Below, piece by piece: positions 39,331 to 51,875 of a stretch of 64,000 nucleotides of DNA. The stretch is from the human T2T-CHM13v2.0 reference genome, Homo sapiens: assembly GCF_009914755.1 (NCBI RefSeq), contig NC_060926.1. One strand, 5' to 3'. Each line of letters opens with the position of its first letter. Position 1 is the stretch's first letter. Below the pieces are notes generated by a model, which was given only the letters and a program-made list of their open reading frames with translations, made no database searches and was not told the DNA's origin. Position numbers and translations under genes: made by a program.

Positions 39331-40409
39331 GCTTCTTCAACCCAGCTGCCCCTCTGGTCCTGACACTGGCTCAGAAGCCCTCCAACACCCCATACCAAAG
39401 ACCTGGCCTCCTGGCCCCTGGGAGATGCCCCACCTTTTAGGGAAGGTAAGCCATCAACCCCAATTCCAGCTGCACTCCCCATCTGACCCCTGCCTGCCCT
39501 TGCCCTGCCGGCCCCTTCTGCCACCCCTCCGTCCCTCTCCAGGCCTGGAGGGAGGGGTGCCTCTGGGAGCGGGCACCCCGCAAAACTCCGCTTTCTGGAC
39601 CTTGTCTGGGGCCAGCAGCTGTCATTTGCCGGGCGTTCCGCTTTCTCCACTGTACCATGCTAATTTTTCGAGGGACAATTTTTTGACAATGAGTCCTCCA
39701 GCCCGAACAGAAACCCTTTATGGGGCCGGCCCCAGGGAGGCCGCGGCGCTGCCAAGGCAAACAAAGGCTCATTGCTGCCGCGGAACATGCCTGCGCCTTT
39801 CAGGGCCGGGTTCGCAGAGCGCGCCGCCTCCAGCCCGCGCCGAGGTAACACCTGGTCCGCCAACTCCTGGCGCCTAATCAAGATATCAATCACGGCGCGG
39901 GGGCAGGGGGGCGCACGGGCCCCGAAGGCTCCAGAACCCGGCAAGTGCAGGTAGCCGGCCGCCTGGCCGGCCAGGGCTGCTTGGCAGGGAGCGCCGGGAT
40001 CTGGGGGGAAAGAAATCAAGCCCCGAAGCTGAAGGCTTAATTAGGCTGATATCATCCCGCACAAATGTTCCTCCGAGAGGAAGGCTTCTGGGCACCAAAA
40101 TTATTTTGTGATTAAAAGCGAAAAGGAAGGAGAAATGATTCGGCCTTTGGAGGAGTTCGGAGGGCTGGGGGTGGCAGCAGGAGGCTGGGGCGCAGCGCAG
40201 CGCCAGGGGCGCGGGACCCAGCCAAGCTCCCCACTCTGCCCCCACTGGGACAGAGAGGCGCAAGAGTCCACCAACCCCTGCCACTTGTGGCCTTTCCTGA
40301 CTGCCCAGGGCTTCCAACAATGTAGAAGAGTGACAGTAAATGTCCAGGTCCCTGCATATAGGTGTTTCTTTAATCTGCACACCAGGCCGGAAAGGCCATG
40401 CACGTCGTC

Positions 40410-40505
40410 GTCATCCCATTTCGTAGATGGGGAAAATTAGCTCGGAGAGGTGACATCTTGCCCGAAGTCCCACGGCTGGTCAGTGGCAAGTGGACAGTGG
40501 CAACT
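40410..40505 (-). mobile_element. MIR relic inside the CpG island
   Basis: CCCATTTCGTAGATGGGGAAAATTAGCTCGGAGAGGTGACATCTTGCCCGAAGTCCCACGGCTGG. Confidence 0.7.
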
Positions 40506-40819
40506 GCGCCTGGAAAACGCCGTCCGTGGCGCGGTCGCGGCGCCAGGGGCATGCCTGACAGCCACCTTCTCTCCCGTGACCGCCGGGCTCCGCATCAGGG
40601 CGAGCCACTCGGCTCGGGAGAGCAGGAAACTGGGGAGGGCCGAGCCTCCGGCCACGCCTTGTCAGCCCCGGAGCCTCCACCAATCCCGGGCCCGGAAAGA
40701 CCAGGCCCACTGCCGGCCCCGCCCAGCACCTGCGCAGGTAGCGCGCGCAGGCGAACCGCAGGCCCGGGCTTCTGGGGCCTCACGCTGCGCGGAGAGGCTG
40801 CCCAGCAGTTGCTAGGCAG

Positions 40820-40985
40820 TCCTGGGCCAGGTCGTGGTTCCGCCACTTACTCGCTGTGCGACCTCTTGTGCCTCACTGTAACATGGGACAACGGTAGTCC
40901 CAACCTCATGGTGCTCTTTGAGGATGGAATGAGCTCCTGCAAGTCAAGCTCAGCCCAGGGCTGGCCGTGGATATGCTCAGAAAAC
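40820..40985 (+). mobile_element. MIR relic at the CpG island edge
   Basis: TTCCGCCACTTACTCGCTGTGCGACCTC...GTGCCTCA...ACCTCATGG...TGAGGATGGAATGAG. Confidence 0.7.
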
Positions 40986-41784
40986 TCCACATGCGGGCCT
41001 GCATCCGCCAGCAGGCCCCGGTGCGCCACACTGACATGCTCCCGCAAGGTTGATAAGGGGCTGTGCGCGAGCTTCTCCAGTGCCGCCTGTGCCCTCCGCC
41101 ATGTTAGTTTTCTCCTGGGACACGCCCCCAGCCTCCCAGGATCTGGCACTGAAGGGGCCCAACGGGAGACCCTCTGCCTGACCCAGCCTATGGAGGCATC
41201 CATCCTGAGCGGTTGGTGCCCATGGTGTACTGTTTGTTAAATATTTTGAATACTATTCTCGATCATCTATGTAATAAAATATTTTGCTGTTGGCAAAGAC
41301 ACATATACAGTCTCAGGACCCTAAATCTAGGCAGTGTCCTATTCAATCAACCCATCATTCATTCATGACGTAAGCCACACATTTAGAAAGCTTTTCATTA
41401 TTGATTCATTGAATCACTGATTTCTGAGCATATTCACTCATAGACTCAGTTATTAATTATGTGACAGTCACTCCACCCACATACGTAAATCCTTTCCCAT
41501 GGGTCTGTGTGCACCAAGTGGGCCTTGGGCGGTCTCTCCTTTGAGAACCCCACTGTCTCCTGTGGGAGATGGAATGTGTGCCCATCTCTAAACCAAGAGC
41601 AAATGGGTAATTACCAGGAGAGAAGATGGTGTTCAATGAGAGGTGTCAGGCACAAGGAGCAGCAACTGACCTGAGCTTGAAGGATGGACAGGACAGGGGC
41701 ACTGGGGTGGGGGACTTTTGTCGGCTTTTAAGCAGGGCAGGACAGATGGTCGGATCTGCATTTTAGCCAGAGCTGAGCTGCCTT

Positions 41785-42050
41785 GCCTCGGTGCCCACTG
41801 GTGAAAGCACATGGGCTTTGGGGCAAAACGGTATTCTAGTTTGATTCTCTAATTAACCTGCTGGGGAGGGGTTGGGCACTCAGGCAAGTTACTGAGCATC
41901 TCAGAGTCTCAGGTGTCTCCACTCTAAAAACAGGGACAACAAACTTATTTCTTCCAGTTGTTGTGACTTTCTGTGAGCAAACTCAGCACCAAAAACAGGG
42001 CATGAAGTAGGTACTTTGTCACATGATGAGTGTCCAGTAAAAGGCTGTTA
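41785..42050 (+). mobile_element. MIR
   Basis: CAGGCAAGTTACTGAGCATCTCAGAGTCTCAGGTGTCTCCACTCTAAAA. Confidence 0.7.
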
Positions 42051-42221
42051 TTGCTCCAAGAGTAATGGGACAAGAGAACAGAGGCTGGCATCAAGAGATG
42101 TCCAATCAGCAGATTGGATGCAGCAAAGAAATGAGACTGCAGTGAGTGAGCTTTTGGGATGAGGAGGAAGGGAATGGCATTCCCTGGAACAAGGACGTGT
42201 TAGGACAGACAGGTTTATATA

Positions 42222-42610
42222 GTGTGTTAATTTGCTGTGGCAAATTACTTCAACATGTAGTGGCTGAAAGCAACAATCAACATTTTATATGACTCCCAGT
42301 TTCTGTGGGTTAGAAATTTCGAAGCAGCTTAGCTGTGTAGTCCTGGCTCGGGGTCTCTCATGGGGTTAAATCAGGATGTTGGCCAGGGCTGTGGTCACCT
42401 GAAAGCTTGACCGAGGCTGGAAGGTCCGCTTCTGAGATGGTGCACTCACATGGCTCCCAAGGCAGTGCTAGGTGTTGGCAGGAGGCCTCAAGTTCTCCCC
42501 ACTTGGCCTCTCCACAGGGCTGCTTGAGTGTCCTCATGAGATGGTGTCTGGTTCCCCTCATGAGATCCAGGAGACTCCCTCATACTTACTTGGTCCTGCA
42601 GACCAGCTCT
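42222..42610 (-). mobile_element. MLT1E/F-like LTR
   Basis: CAGTTTCTGTGGGTTAGAAATTTC...GATGGTGCACTCACATGGC...GGGCTGCTTGAGTGTCCTCA. Confidence 0.8.
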
Positions 42611-43271
42611 GATTCACTGTGAGAGGAGGGCACTCAGCGCTGGAGTACAGAAGGCTGGGGGCTTGGGGCCACCTTGGAGGCTGGCTACCAGAGATGGCGA
42701 TGTAATGGGGTCACTTTCTGCCATACAGACTTGGAAGTGTTGCTCGGGGATCCAGACAGGGAAGATCAGCAGGCCGTTGGCGATGCCAAAAAGTAATAAT
42801 ATTATTATGATGATTGCAACTACTATCATCGCTGCTGCTGCTACATCAAATGCTACTCCCATTTTTAGCATCTAACAGGTGCCAGTGGCTATGCTGGGCA
42901 CTTTGTGTGCATCCTTCCATTTCATCCTCACAGTGACCCTTTCTGCTCAGTCTAGTCTCCTGCTGTGCTAGATAAGAAAACTGAGGCTCACTCTGGCCTC
43001 TGGCTCAAGTTCATATAATAAGGAGGGTGGAGCTGAGGTTAGAACATCAGGAAGGTTGGAATCAGGGCAGCTCTGGAGACCTGGGCAAGAGCAGTTGTGA
43101 TCTTTCCCATCAAGCAAGGCCATCCAGTACCTGATGCTTGGTTTCACATTTCTGTGACAAAGAATCTGATTGGTTCAGCCTGAGTCAAGTGCATTCTCCA
43201 AGACCAATGAATCATGGCCAGAACACTAAATACAGCACGGGAATGACACTGTGTGCTGTCCCTGTGCGTGC

Positions 43272-43275
<4 letters not shown>

Positions 43276-43306
<31 letters not shown>
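43276..43306. repeat. (TG)n microsatellite
   Basis: About 15 TG units. Confidence 0.95.
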
Positions 43307-43307
<1 letters not shown>

Positions 43308-43368
43308 TGTGAACTCCTAAAGGAATCATCATGAGCTAGGCTTCCATCCCCAAAGGAGTCAACTAGAG

Positions 43369-43596
43369 CAGGGGTCAGCACACTTTATAAAAGGCCAGTT
43401 TGTGGTTATTTTTGTCCTTGTGGGCCATATGGTCTCTCTCGAAACGACTCACCTCTACCTTTGTAACACCAGAGCAGCCAAAGACCATAGACATCCACCA
43501 GAGAAAAAGAGCGCGACTGTGTCCCAATAAAACTTTATTTTTAAAAACAGGCAGGGGGCTGGATTTGGCTTGGGAGCCATAGTTTGGCAATCCCTG
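43369..43596 (+). mobile_element. MER58A hAT MITE
   Basis: TIRs CAGGGGTCAGCA / TGGCAATCCCTG; CCAATAAAACTTTATT; flanks AACTAGAG / AACTGAG. Confidence 0.9.
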
Positions 43597-43631
43597 AACT
43601 GAGTGCTAAAATTGTTCCCTGGTTGTTTTAA

Positions 43632-43917
43632 TTTTAATTTTTATTTTTGAGATGGAGTCTTGCTCTCTTTCCTAGGCCAGAGTGCAGTGGTGCGATCTCA
43701 GCTCACTGCAACCTCCTCCTCCCAGGTTCCACCTCAGCCTCCAGAGAAGCTGGGATTGCAGGTGTGCTCCACGACACTCGGCTAATTTTGTAGTTTTAGT
43801 AGAGATGGGGTTTCACCATATTGGCCAGGCTGGTCTTGAACTCCTGATCTTAAGTGATCTGCCCTCCTCGGTCTCCCAAAATGCTGGGATTACAGGCGTG
43901 AGCCACTGCACCTGGCC
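43632..43917 (-). mobile_element. AluS with small internal deletion
   Basis: TSD TGGTTGTTTTAA at 43620-31 and 43920-31. Confidence 0.95.
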
Positions 43918-43947
43918 CTTGGTTGTTTTAAAATCTTCCTTTCCTGT

Positions 43948-44180
43948 CTGTGGTGGACATGACATGCATCACCAAGAGCCCCGCCTCTGCCACGGAAGTC
44001 CTTGCTGCCCAGCTGCAGCGAGTAAGGCCAGGACACAGCTCCAGCTGTCAATTTCCTGGGAGGCCTCTGCTGTGGAGGGCCACCTCATCCAAGGCCACAG
44101 CCTTGCTGGGCCCGCCAGCAACAGGTTACAGTGCTGTGTCTGGAGGCTCAGCTATTTTGGTCCGCAGCTCCCCGCTAGTC
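43948..44180. mobile_element. LTR16A-like remnant
   Basis: TGCCCAGCTGC...CTCCAGCTGTCA...CCACCTCATCCAAGGCCACAG resembles recalled LTR16A. Confidence 0.5.
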
Positions 44181-45789
44181 CTCCTAGTACATCATCCACC
44201 TCTGTCCAACCCTGTTTTTACTATCAAACATGCATTTCTTGGGCCAAATGGGGAAAAAAACCCCAATCTTGTAATATGGTACATTAATTGATAAATATCA
44301 CACAAGCGTGGTACAAAGACTAGTTTCTGTCAGGGGCTGGGGGAGGAAGAGATCTCTAAGGGCCAAAGCAGTCCGGGATGGCTTCCTAGAAGAAGGTCAT
44401 GGGAGCTGCCTGTCAAGGATTCCTTCCCGAGTTAATTTGCTGTGCCAGGTGCTGGGTGGGCTGGCACTGGGTGGGCAGGGTGGCTGGGGCAGTCAGTCTT
44501 AATCGGGGGGTGGCCATGTGGGCAGATACTGCTGCAGAGATGAGAAGGCCAAGCTGGCCTGAAAGAAGGGCCTGTTTCAAGAGGGAAACAGGTAGAGTGC
44601 GCAGAGGGAAAGTGAGGGGCTTGTCCCAGCTCAGGGCATAGTTCTGGAAGGGGCCTGGCAATGGCTTTGCCCACATCTCAGAATTCTGCACGTTTCCACC
44701 ATGAGTGAGGTCTTGGTGGCTAAGAATCTTCTACCCTTGAGTCTTCAGTTCTGTGTGCATTTCTGTGCTTCTGGCTTTGTAGTGTCACTGGGACCGGTTT
44801 GGGAAAACAACAGACAAAACAAACCCCAGCACACTGCCCTCCCCCATCATTCTTGGTCATTCAGTCCCTGCCAGGGAACCCAGCCATGGCCACTGCTTTC
44901 AAAGAGAGGTGACACATCTGTACACTCACCAGGGATGCTGTCATAGGGGCCATGGCTTAAAACGCAAACCAGGTTCCCTGAAAGTGGTGCCTTCAGAAAG
45001 GCTTTGCGGAGCAAGGGGTGATGTGGAAGGATGGGTGGGATTTCTACAGGCAGGCAGATGGGGGCACCTTGGAGAGAAAAGTGGCCAGCCTTGGACCCGC
45101 CAGGCGATGGGGGCAGCTGTGTGGCCAGCCTGCTTTTGACCTTCAGGAAGGGTGCTGCAGAAGATGAGGCTGGAAGAGCAGGTTAGCACCAGGTCACACC
45201 GGCCTGGCCACCATGCGGAGGGCCCCAGTTGTGTTTCCTGCTAGAGCCTGAGCCCCTGAGCTGTCAAAGAGGCAGCTGGGGTCACACTCAGGGGCAGTGG
45301 CAGCCACAGAAAGAGGAGCTGCATGTTTCATCGTGCACATTTTATGAATGTGGAAAATGAGTCCAGAGGGGAGAGGAAGCTGCTTCAGGCCATGCAGCCA
45401 GGCGGTGGCCAGGCCAGTTCTGCCTCAGGTAGTGTGGGCCCCACTTCTTTGGCTCTGTAGGGTTGGGACTCCGAGCTCTGCAGCTTGGGACTTTCTGAGC
45501 AGCACCCTCCAATCACACAGGAACAGGGACAGTCTGCCCTTGCCCCAAATCCTCTGGGTTCAGGCACACCTGAGGGCCCAAGACATCTGTCCCCAAGATC
45601 ATCATACCCCTGATTCATCTATTGTCCAGTTGCATACCATTTCAATTGTACAGCCAAGTGGGGGCCGGGGGGAGGCACGTTTGGCAATAATCCATTATTC
45701 AGCAGAGGGTTACTAAGTGCAGGTGTGTGACAGGTGATGGATTCTGTGGTGAGCGGGCAGATGCAATGGACCACAAAGCCCTACACTTG

Positions 45790-46490
45790 GAGAACCCTTG
45801 ATCCTGATATTCCTTCTCCTGAAAATTACCCAGAGGTAATAGTCATAGCTATGCAGAGACATCAGAAAGAACTAGCCTATGCGGGAGGTGCCAGCAGAGC
45901 AGGGCTATCCCCCAAAAGCAAGAAATACATTTGAAAATTAATGTAATACCTCAAGCAAAGCAGAATAGCCCTTGTATTTAATGGTGCACCTTGTTGCGGG
46001 ACTGCACCAAATAATTCCAGTGCTTGGAGGCCTCTCGGTTCTTAATCTGGCTCTGAGGAGGACCTCAAGGATGCAGCTACAACCGTGGCTGGGGAGTATT
46101 GTGTAAAATAATGAAAATTAGAAACGACTCCAATGCCCAGCAAGGGGGGATTGATTAGCTACCTCAGGGGATGTTGTATGATTTCACTCTGGGTAATTGC
46201 TAGAAAACATGAGGAATACTTAAAGGCTTAGGGGAATAGTATCACACAGAGCTGCCTCGGCTTAGCAGGTATCAAAACAGTGCTTAATATAATCCGCTTT
46301 GGTGTTCGTTTATTTGTTTGTTTTTAAAGTATAGAGGCATAGAAACACCTGAAAGAAAAGATCCCAGAATGTAAGAAGCAGACATCTATAGCTGGTGGAA
46401 TTATAGGTGATGCTTCTTATGTGATATTACATTTTTGCTTTTATGCATTTTCCAAATTTTCTTTAATGAGTATATGTTACTTTGGAAATG
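45790..46490 (+). mobile_element. L1ME 3' remnant
   Basis: AAAATTAGAAACGACTCCAATGCCCAGCAAG...TGCATTTTCCAAATTTTCTTTAATGAG. Confidence 0.6.
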
Positions 46491-48439
46491 AATTACAAAC
46501 TTCAAGTGTGTCATGTAGAGCACCAGCCCAGCATTTGCTGAGTTCTCTGGAGCGGATCAGATGGAGTCCCAACCTGCAGTAACTCCCAGCCTGGTGCTGT
46601 GGGCCGGGCAGGGCCCAGCTCTAAGAGCAGAACTGCCCAGAGCCCTTCCTTGCGTGAGAGCTCCTGGCAAAGGGGTTGGGATTCCCAGTATGAGGTGCCC
46701 CTCAAGGGAAAATGAAGGAAAACGTGAAACCAAAAACTGCCTGAGTTGGTTGTGATCACAAACGCATGAGGCTGCAGCCCCCGCCGGCAGGTTTTCACTC
46801 ACCTGCCCAGGGGAGCTCAGGGCACCTTGCCAGGCCCCCTGCAGCCAGACTGCAGCCATGATTGGTAGTTCCGCCCACTGCATCCCTGATGGAGCAGGCC
46901 CGAGGGAGGTTCCTAGGAAAGCCATGGCACACCCAGACTGGGATCTGGAGGATGCGGAATCCAGTGGGAGGAAGTGAAGGCAGGGAGGTGAGGGGCCAGT
47001 CCAAGGCCTCAGCGCTGGGCAAGCACAGCTCAGAGCACCAGCCACCCATTCCCCACTGCTCACCAACCTTCATTTATCCTTGGAGTCTCAGCTAGTGCCT
47101 TTGAGACATGATGTTTACGTCGTCATCATAGTTAATGTTCACTGAGGGCCTCCCTGACTTGTGATCCCTGGGATGCAGGGAATCCTTCCCTCCTGGGGCC
47201 TCCTGGCCAGGAGCAAAGAGCCCTGGCCGGTCTCTTCATGTGGAGCTGTCAGGTAAAGGCACTTAGACTGCAGCCCCAAATCGGCTTCTCTTCATGCCTG
47301 CCTTGGTTTCAGGCTGAAGTCCTTGATGCAAGAAGGTGGCAGAAGAAAGGGGATGAATTTTAGTTCAAGTCCAAAGAATAGTTATGGACTACTTGCTGTA
47401 TGCCCACTGTTATTACAGATACCTGGTAGAGTTCAGGGGAGTGATTTAATAGGAGAAACTTTTGGAAAATAATGTAGGATTGTGTATACTCTGGGGGTGG
47501 GTGGTGTGTGTGTGTGTGTGTGTGTATGTAGGAGTATCAATATCTAATACCTGTTATGATGAGCAGGGAGGGCTTCCTGAAGGAGGTGGGCTTAAAGTGT
47601 GAGATGAGTGGAAAAGGCAGGGGAGACCTGGCCAAGCAGGCAGATTGGTGAATGCCATGTGGGAGGCCAAGGAGGTTGAAGCAGGCCGGGAAAGGCGGGC
47701 CTGTGTAAGGCCATGGATGCTCTGGGAAGGGCATGGGTTTCTGGGGTCAGGCAGATCCTGTTCCCATCCCTCCTCTGCCCATTGTCAGCTCTGTGATCAT
47801 GGCCAAGTTTCCGGGCATGTCTGAGCCACATTTCACTCATCTGCCAAATGAGGCTGGTGATCTGGAGAAAGCCCCTGGCTTGGTGTGGTTCAGAGCAGGA
47901 CCCTTCTCCCAGAGAATGACAGGTCCAGGAATCTGGAATTGGTGCCCAAGACCTGCAAGGAAGTAGCAAGTGGAGCCGGGAAACGAGTGCTTGGAGTGAG
48001 ACAAATGAGTCAGTGGGAGTGAGTCTGCATGACCTGGATCACTTTCCAGCTGTGAATTCAGGGAGGCAGAAGGCAGGATGCCCCCTGCCCCGCTGATGCT
48101 GTCATTTAGGTGAGTGCTCAGCACTCCAAGTTCATGCTCACGGGCCCCCAGGCCTCTCTCACCTTCGTTCCCATCTTCCCTCCCTCCCACCTGGTTCACA
48201 GCAAACCTGTGCAGGGGTGGGTTTGGATCCCCCCAGACCCTCTGGGGCTTGCTGTCTGGTCAGGATGCTGCTCTCAGCCAGTAGAGGCCTCCGAGGTGCC
48301 TCGTTCCTGCGGAAGTTGCTCCATCCAGCCCACCAACGGGGTCGGGATGATCTCTTCTCTTGCCATTCCTCTTGCGTAGGTGTATATTCCACAGCTGGTG
48401 CCCTGTTATTTGAATTCCAGGTTTTAAAATATTGCTTCC

Positions 48440-48683
48440 AGCCGGTCACAGTGGTTCACACCTGTGATCTCAGCACTTTGGGAAGCTGAGGTGGGAGGAT
48501 TACTTGAGCCCAGGAGTTTGGGACCAGCAAGGTGAGACCCCATCTCTACAAAAAATAAAAACAATTAGCTGGGCATGGTGGTGCACGCCTGTGGTCTTAA
48601 CTACTTGGGAGGCTGAGGCAGGAGGAGTGCTTGAGCCCAGGAGTTTGAGGCTGAGCGAGACCCTGTCTCAAAAGAAAAAAAAA
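48440..48683 (+). mobile_element. AluJ with internal deletions
   Basis: GGAGGATTACTTGAGCCCAGGAGTTTG; part of the right arm missing; A tail. Confidence 0.92.
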
Positions 48684-51677
48684 TTGTTTCAGTTTCATTA
48701 TCTGTAAAATAATATTCAACTCAGTTATCCGGGGGTCCCAATGGGGATTTGTAGAAGTTCACCACCTGGTGAGTCCCCTGGGACACCTGGGGCCTGAATG
48801 GATGTGGGGAGGACTCCGGTTTAGAAGCCAGGTGGATACAGAGGTAGAGCCAGAGTGTGGGGGTGGGGCTCTTGGAGGGACCTAGGGTACTGCGGGAGCA
48901 TGTGGGGACAGCACTGTGGTGTGGACGTTGCAACACTCATGGCAAGGGGGTCAGCATGAGGGGTGGACAAGGACCCTTGATGAGGAGTCCAAGTGGAGGA
49001 ACAGGGCAGGTGTGCTGCTGAGGGCTGGGGACCCCCTGAGTTACTGGGGCAGCGGGCGGCAGGCTGAGGTCTTCAGGCATGCAGAGGCAGCTCAGAACCA
49101 TTCTGTCTTGGCCCTCAATGCCAGCAGGGTGTCACCAATGAGGCTGGAGGCTGTTCAGCTTGCGTGGGTCGGAGAGACATGAGATGATGCACCAGCCAAT
49201 AGCAGCTCCCATTTCTGAAAATCTGCCTGGTTCTGGAATGTGTGAAGTCTCTGTGGCCTGTGTGGAAATTACTCCAGGCTACAAGAGAGGGTCTTTCGGC
49301 TGTGCTGGGCCCAAACCTGGGATCCTCAGGGGAGCGGCCTATCTGACTCTTGGCAGCAGGGACCTGAACAGTATGAGGCTCCCGGCCTCCAGAAGGAGGG
49401 ACCTGGAAGAAAATAGGGAGAAAGAGGCAGAGAATAGAATGTGGGGAGACTTAGAGTTTCTGGGAAAGCCGGCTTGCTCAGCAGGGCTAGCGTGGGCCTG
49501 GAAGATGGGGAAGAAGGGAAGGTTCTATTGTATTGTTACTGTTTGGAACTAATTTGAACTTTCGTATCGTTAGTTCAATCCTGCAAAAATACATTGCCCA
49601 GGGCCATAGAAGGGGATTTGGGCAATGGGGTTCAGGGCACCTTGGCTGGAATCCCAGGAGAGAATTGTCCTCTGTCCCCCAGTGGCCTCCTGGCAAGGCA
49701 GCACAGAAGGGCTGTGAACCTCAGTGTTGGTCAGAAATGAGACTCTGGGTAGAAAGGGGCCTGGGAGCCCCGCACCAGGGACAAGAAGAGCTTCTCCCCA
49801 CTTTCACTCCATCCCCACTGCCCAAGCAGATGCAAGGGCCCTCTCTGAAGCAGGGAGTGCTCTTCAGGACACGGAGCCAAGCCCAGCTCCACAGGTGCCA
49901 GGTCAGGGCGGGTTCTCCACCAGCAGCTGAGCTGCAGCACGCAGGGGTGCCCACCAGGGCTGGGGGTCGGCTGGCAGTGCCACAAAGCTGAGTCCCCCCA
50001 CCACCCCTGCCACATGGGAAGGAGCCAGTACCTCCCAGACGCTGCAGGCACAGATGTCAGGGCCACAGCCAGCATGAGAGGGACAGCGCTGCAATCATAT
50101 CCTGCCTCAAAGAGTGAGGGTAGCACTTTACTTGGATGAGATCTGCTTTTGACCGCAGATGTGTGTAGCTGGTCTCTTGCCCCTCTATGTAAATTTTGTA
50201 ATTTTCTCATTAACTTCTTGTCCCTTCCGACGTGGGGCTGCCTCTTCAGGCCCTGCAGGTCTAAAGAAAAGAGGAGGAGAGGATATGTTCACTGCTGTAT
50301 TTCTAACACAAAATAATGCTTGGTGGATGATTTGAATGAATGAAGTCACAGCCCAAGCTGGCCTTGGAGGATTCGGTTTACAGGTTGGCTCCCAGCTCCC
50401 CTGGGTTAAGCACAGTTCTTGCATTCATTAGAGGGAGGGAAAAGGAGTCTCTGAAAAGACAGCCTCTCTTCCCCCTTACCAGATCATCACACTTTACTGT
50501 GACTTTGTTTTGCACGGAGCTCTAAACTCAGGAGTATCCAATCCCACCCTCCTTTTTCTAGAAGGTCCAGAGACAAAGGTGACACAATCCCAATTGTGCA
50601 GCAAGAGAGTGAAGCCCTGGGATTCCTTGTGGGCATTTGGAGGGTCCGAGGGCAGCATGGGCCACAGCTGCCTGCTGGGATAGGGGCTGGGTAGCTGTGA
50701 GCTGGGCGGCCCTGGCCTCACTTTACTGTAAGGATTGAGAGAGGGACGCAGCAAGTTGTCGTGAGGAAGGTGAAGGTGGGGCCTGCCTGTGGAGACCCCT
50801 TCGCCCTCCACTCCCACCCCCACCCTAGCCAATGCCTCCTTCTCTACATGAGCGTTTGGGCCAGTCACAGTGATCTTTGAGTGGGGCCTGCTGGGTGGAC
50901 AGGGTCTGCACTGGACGTTGAACTTCCTGTGAGCGATTCTGGATCTTACCTCCTCTGAGTCCCCAACCCTCACCCCACATGCCTGGCCCCAGGCGGGGGC
51001 TGTGGAATCAATGAATCAATGAATGAATGCATGCATGGATTGTTGTAGGTGGAGAATGGGGACAATTCACAGACCGGCATTTACAGATGACTGAGCAGGT
51101 GGTCACCGTGTCCCCAGGCACATAACCATGTCTCGTTAATGACAAAGCTTCCACCTCACATCACAACATGGGCGGCAGTTCAGAAGATCATGTGGCAGCC
51201 CATGTTCTTTCAACACAAGGATCCGTCCCACTGCTTACTGGAAAGATTTCAGACGTGGCTTGTCCATAACTATATGAACTAGGCCGTGAGGCCACAGCAA
51301 CTGTACCAGGGTATCAGTCAGGCTTAGAGTCTGTCTGGGCCCACAGTACAGAGGGTGGCCTGAATGTGGCTCTGATAAGGCATGACATCTTCACTGCAGG
51401 TGATGAGTCACCCTGGGGTGCTGGTCAAGAGGAAATTCCTCAACCCCACCAAGTCATAGTAGGAGACCTGAAAATAGCCAACATGATCTGCTGTAAGGAA
51501 TTCCACTTGACCAGGGTGGAGAAGACAGCCAGAAGATAGTGGGAAAAGCAGGGTTTCTGCAGAGAAGCTTCTACCCTCCCTGTACCCCATCCCTCCAGGT
51601 CAGCTCCACTGCTGCACTTTGGCCACAAGGATGGTTGTCAGAGGAGACACAGCCAGGGTCAAATCTAGTCTCTCTGG

Positions 51678-51875
51678 TTTGAGACCAGCCTGGGCAACAT
51701 GGCGAAACCACGTCTCCACAAAAATGAGCCAGGTATGGTGGTGCACCTGTAGTCCTGGTTACTCAGGAGGCTGAGATGAGAGGATTGCTTGAGCCCAGGA
51801 GTTGGAGATCATGCCACTGCACTCCAGCCTGGGTGATGGACAGAGGCCCTGTCTCAAAAACAAACAAAAAACAAC
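51678..51875 (+). mobile_element. 5'-truncated AluJ
   Basis: TTTGAGACCAGCCTGGGCAACATGG...CTGTCTCAAAAACAAAC. Confidence 0.9.

Larger units (their letters stand above)
39600..41100. promoter_or_regulatory. CpG island with dense developmental TF motif cluster (orphan CGI / enhancer)
   Basis: Sharp rise in CpG; ATGCTAAT 39657-64, GACAAT x2, AACAAAG-GCT-CATTG, ATCAATCA 39885-92, TAATTA 40038-43; no credible ORF. Confidence 0.8.

Noticed and set aside
32265-40120. Assigning the enhancer candidates to a named locus (e.g. LMX1B LARM modules or the NEUROG1 region)
   Set aside because: Only generic motif and spacing resemblance; I cannot match the sequence from memory. BLAT is required.
40398-41240. 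280-aa ORF and overlapping ORFs in the CpG island
   Set aside because: Stop-poor GC-rich DNA crossing two MIR relics; Arg/Gly/Pro/Ala-biased with no domain.
42680-42702. Possible CTCF site (CCAGAGATGGCG), and similar at 14053-14068
   Set aside because: Only the AGATGGCG half matches; the 5' half of the consensus does not.
43682-44287. 201-aa ORF and other Alu-overlapping ORFs (5621-5912, 14374-14634, 48504-48707, 53605-53811)
   Set aside because: Alu-derived translations.
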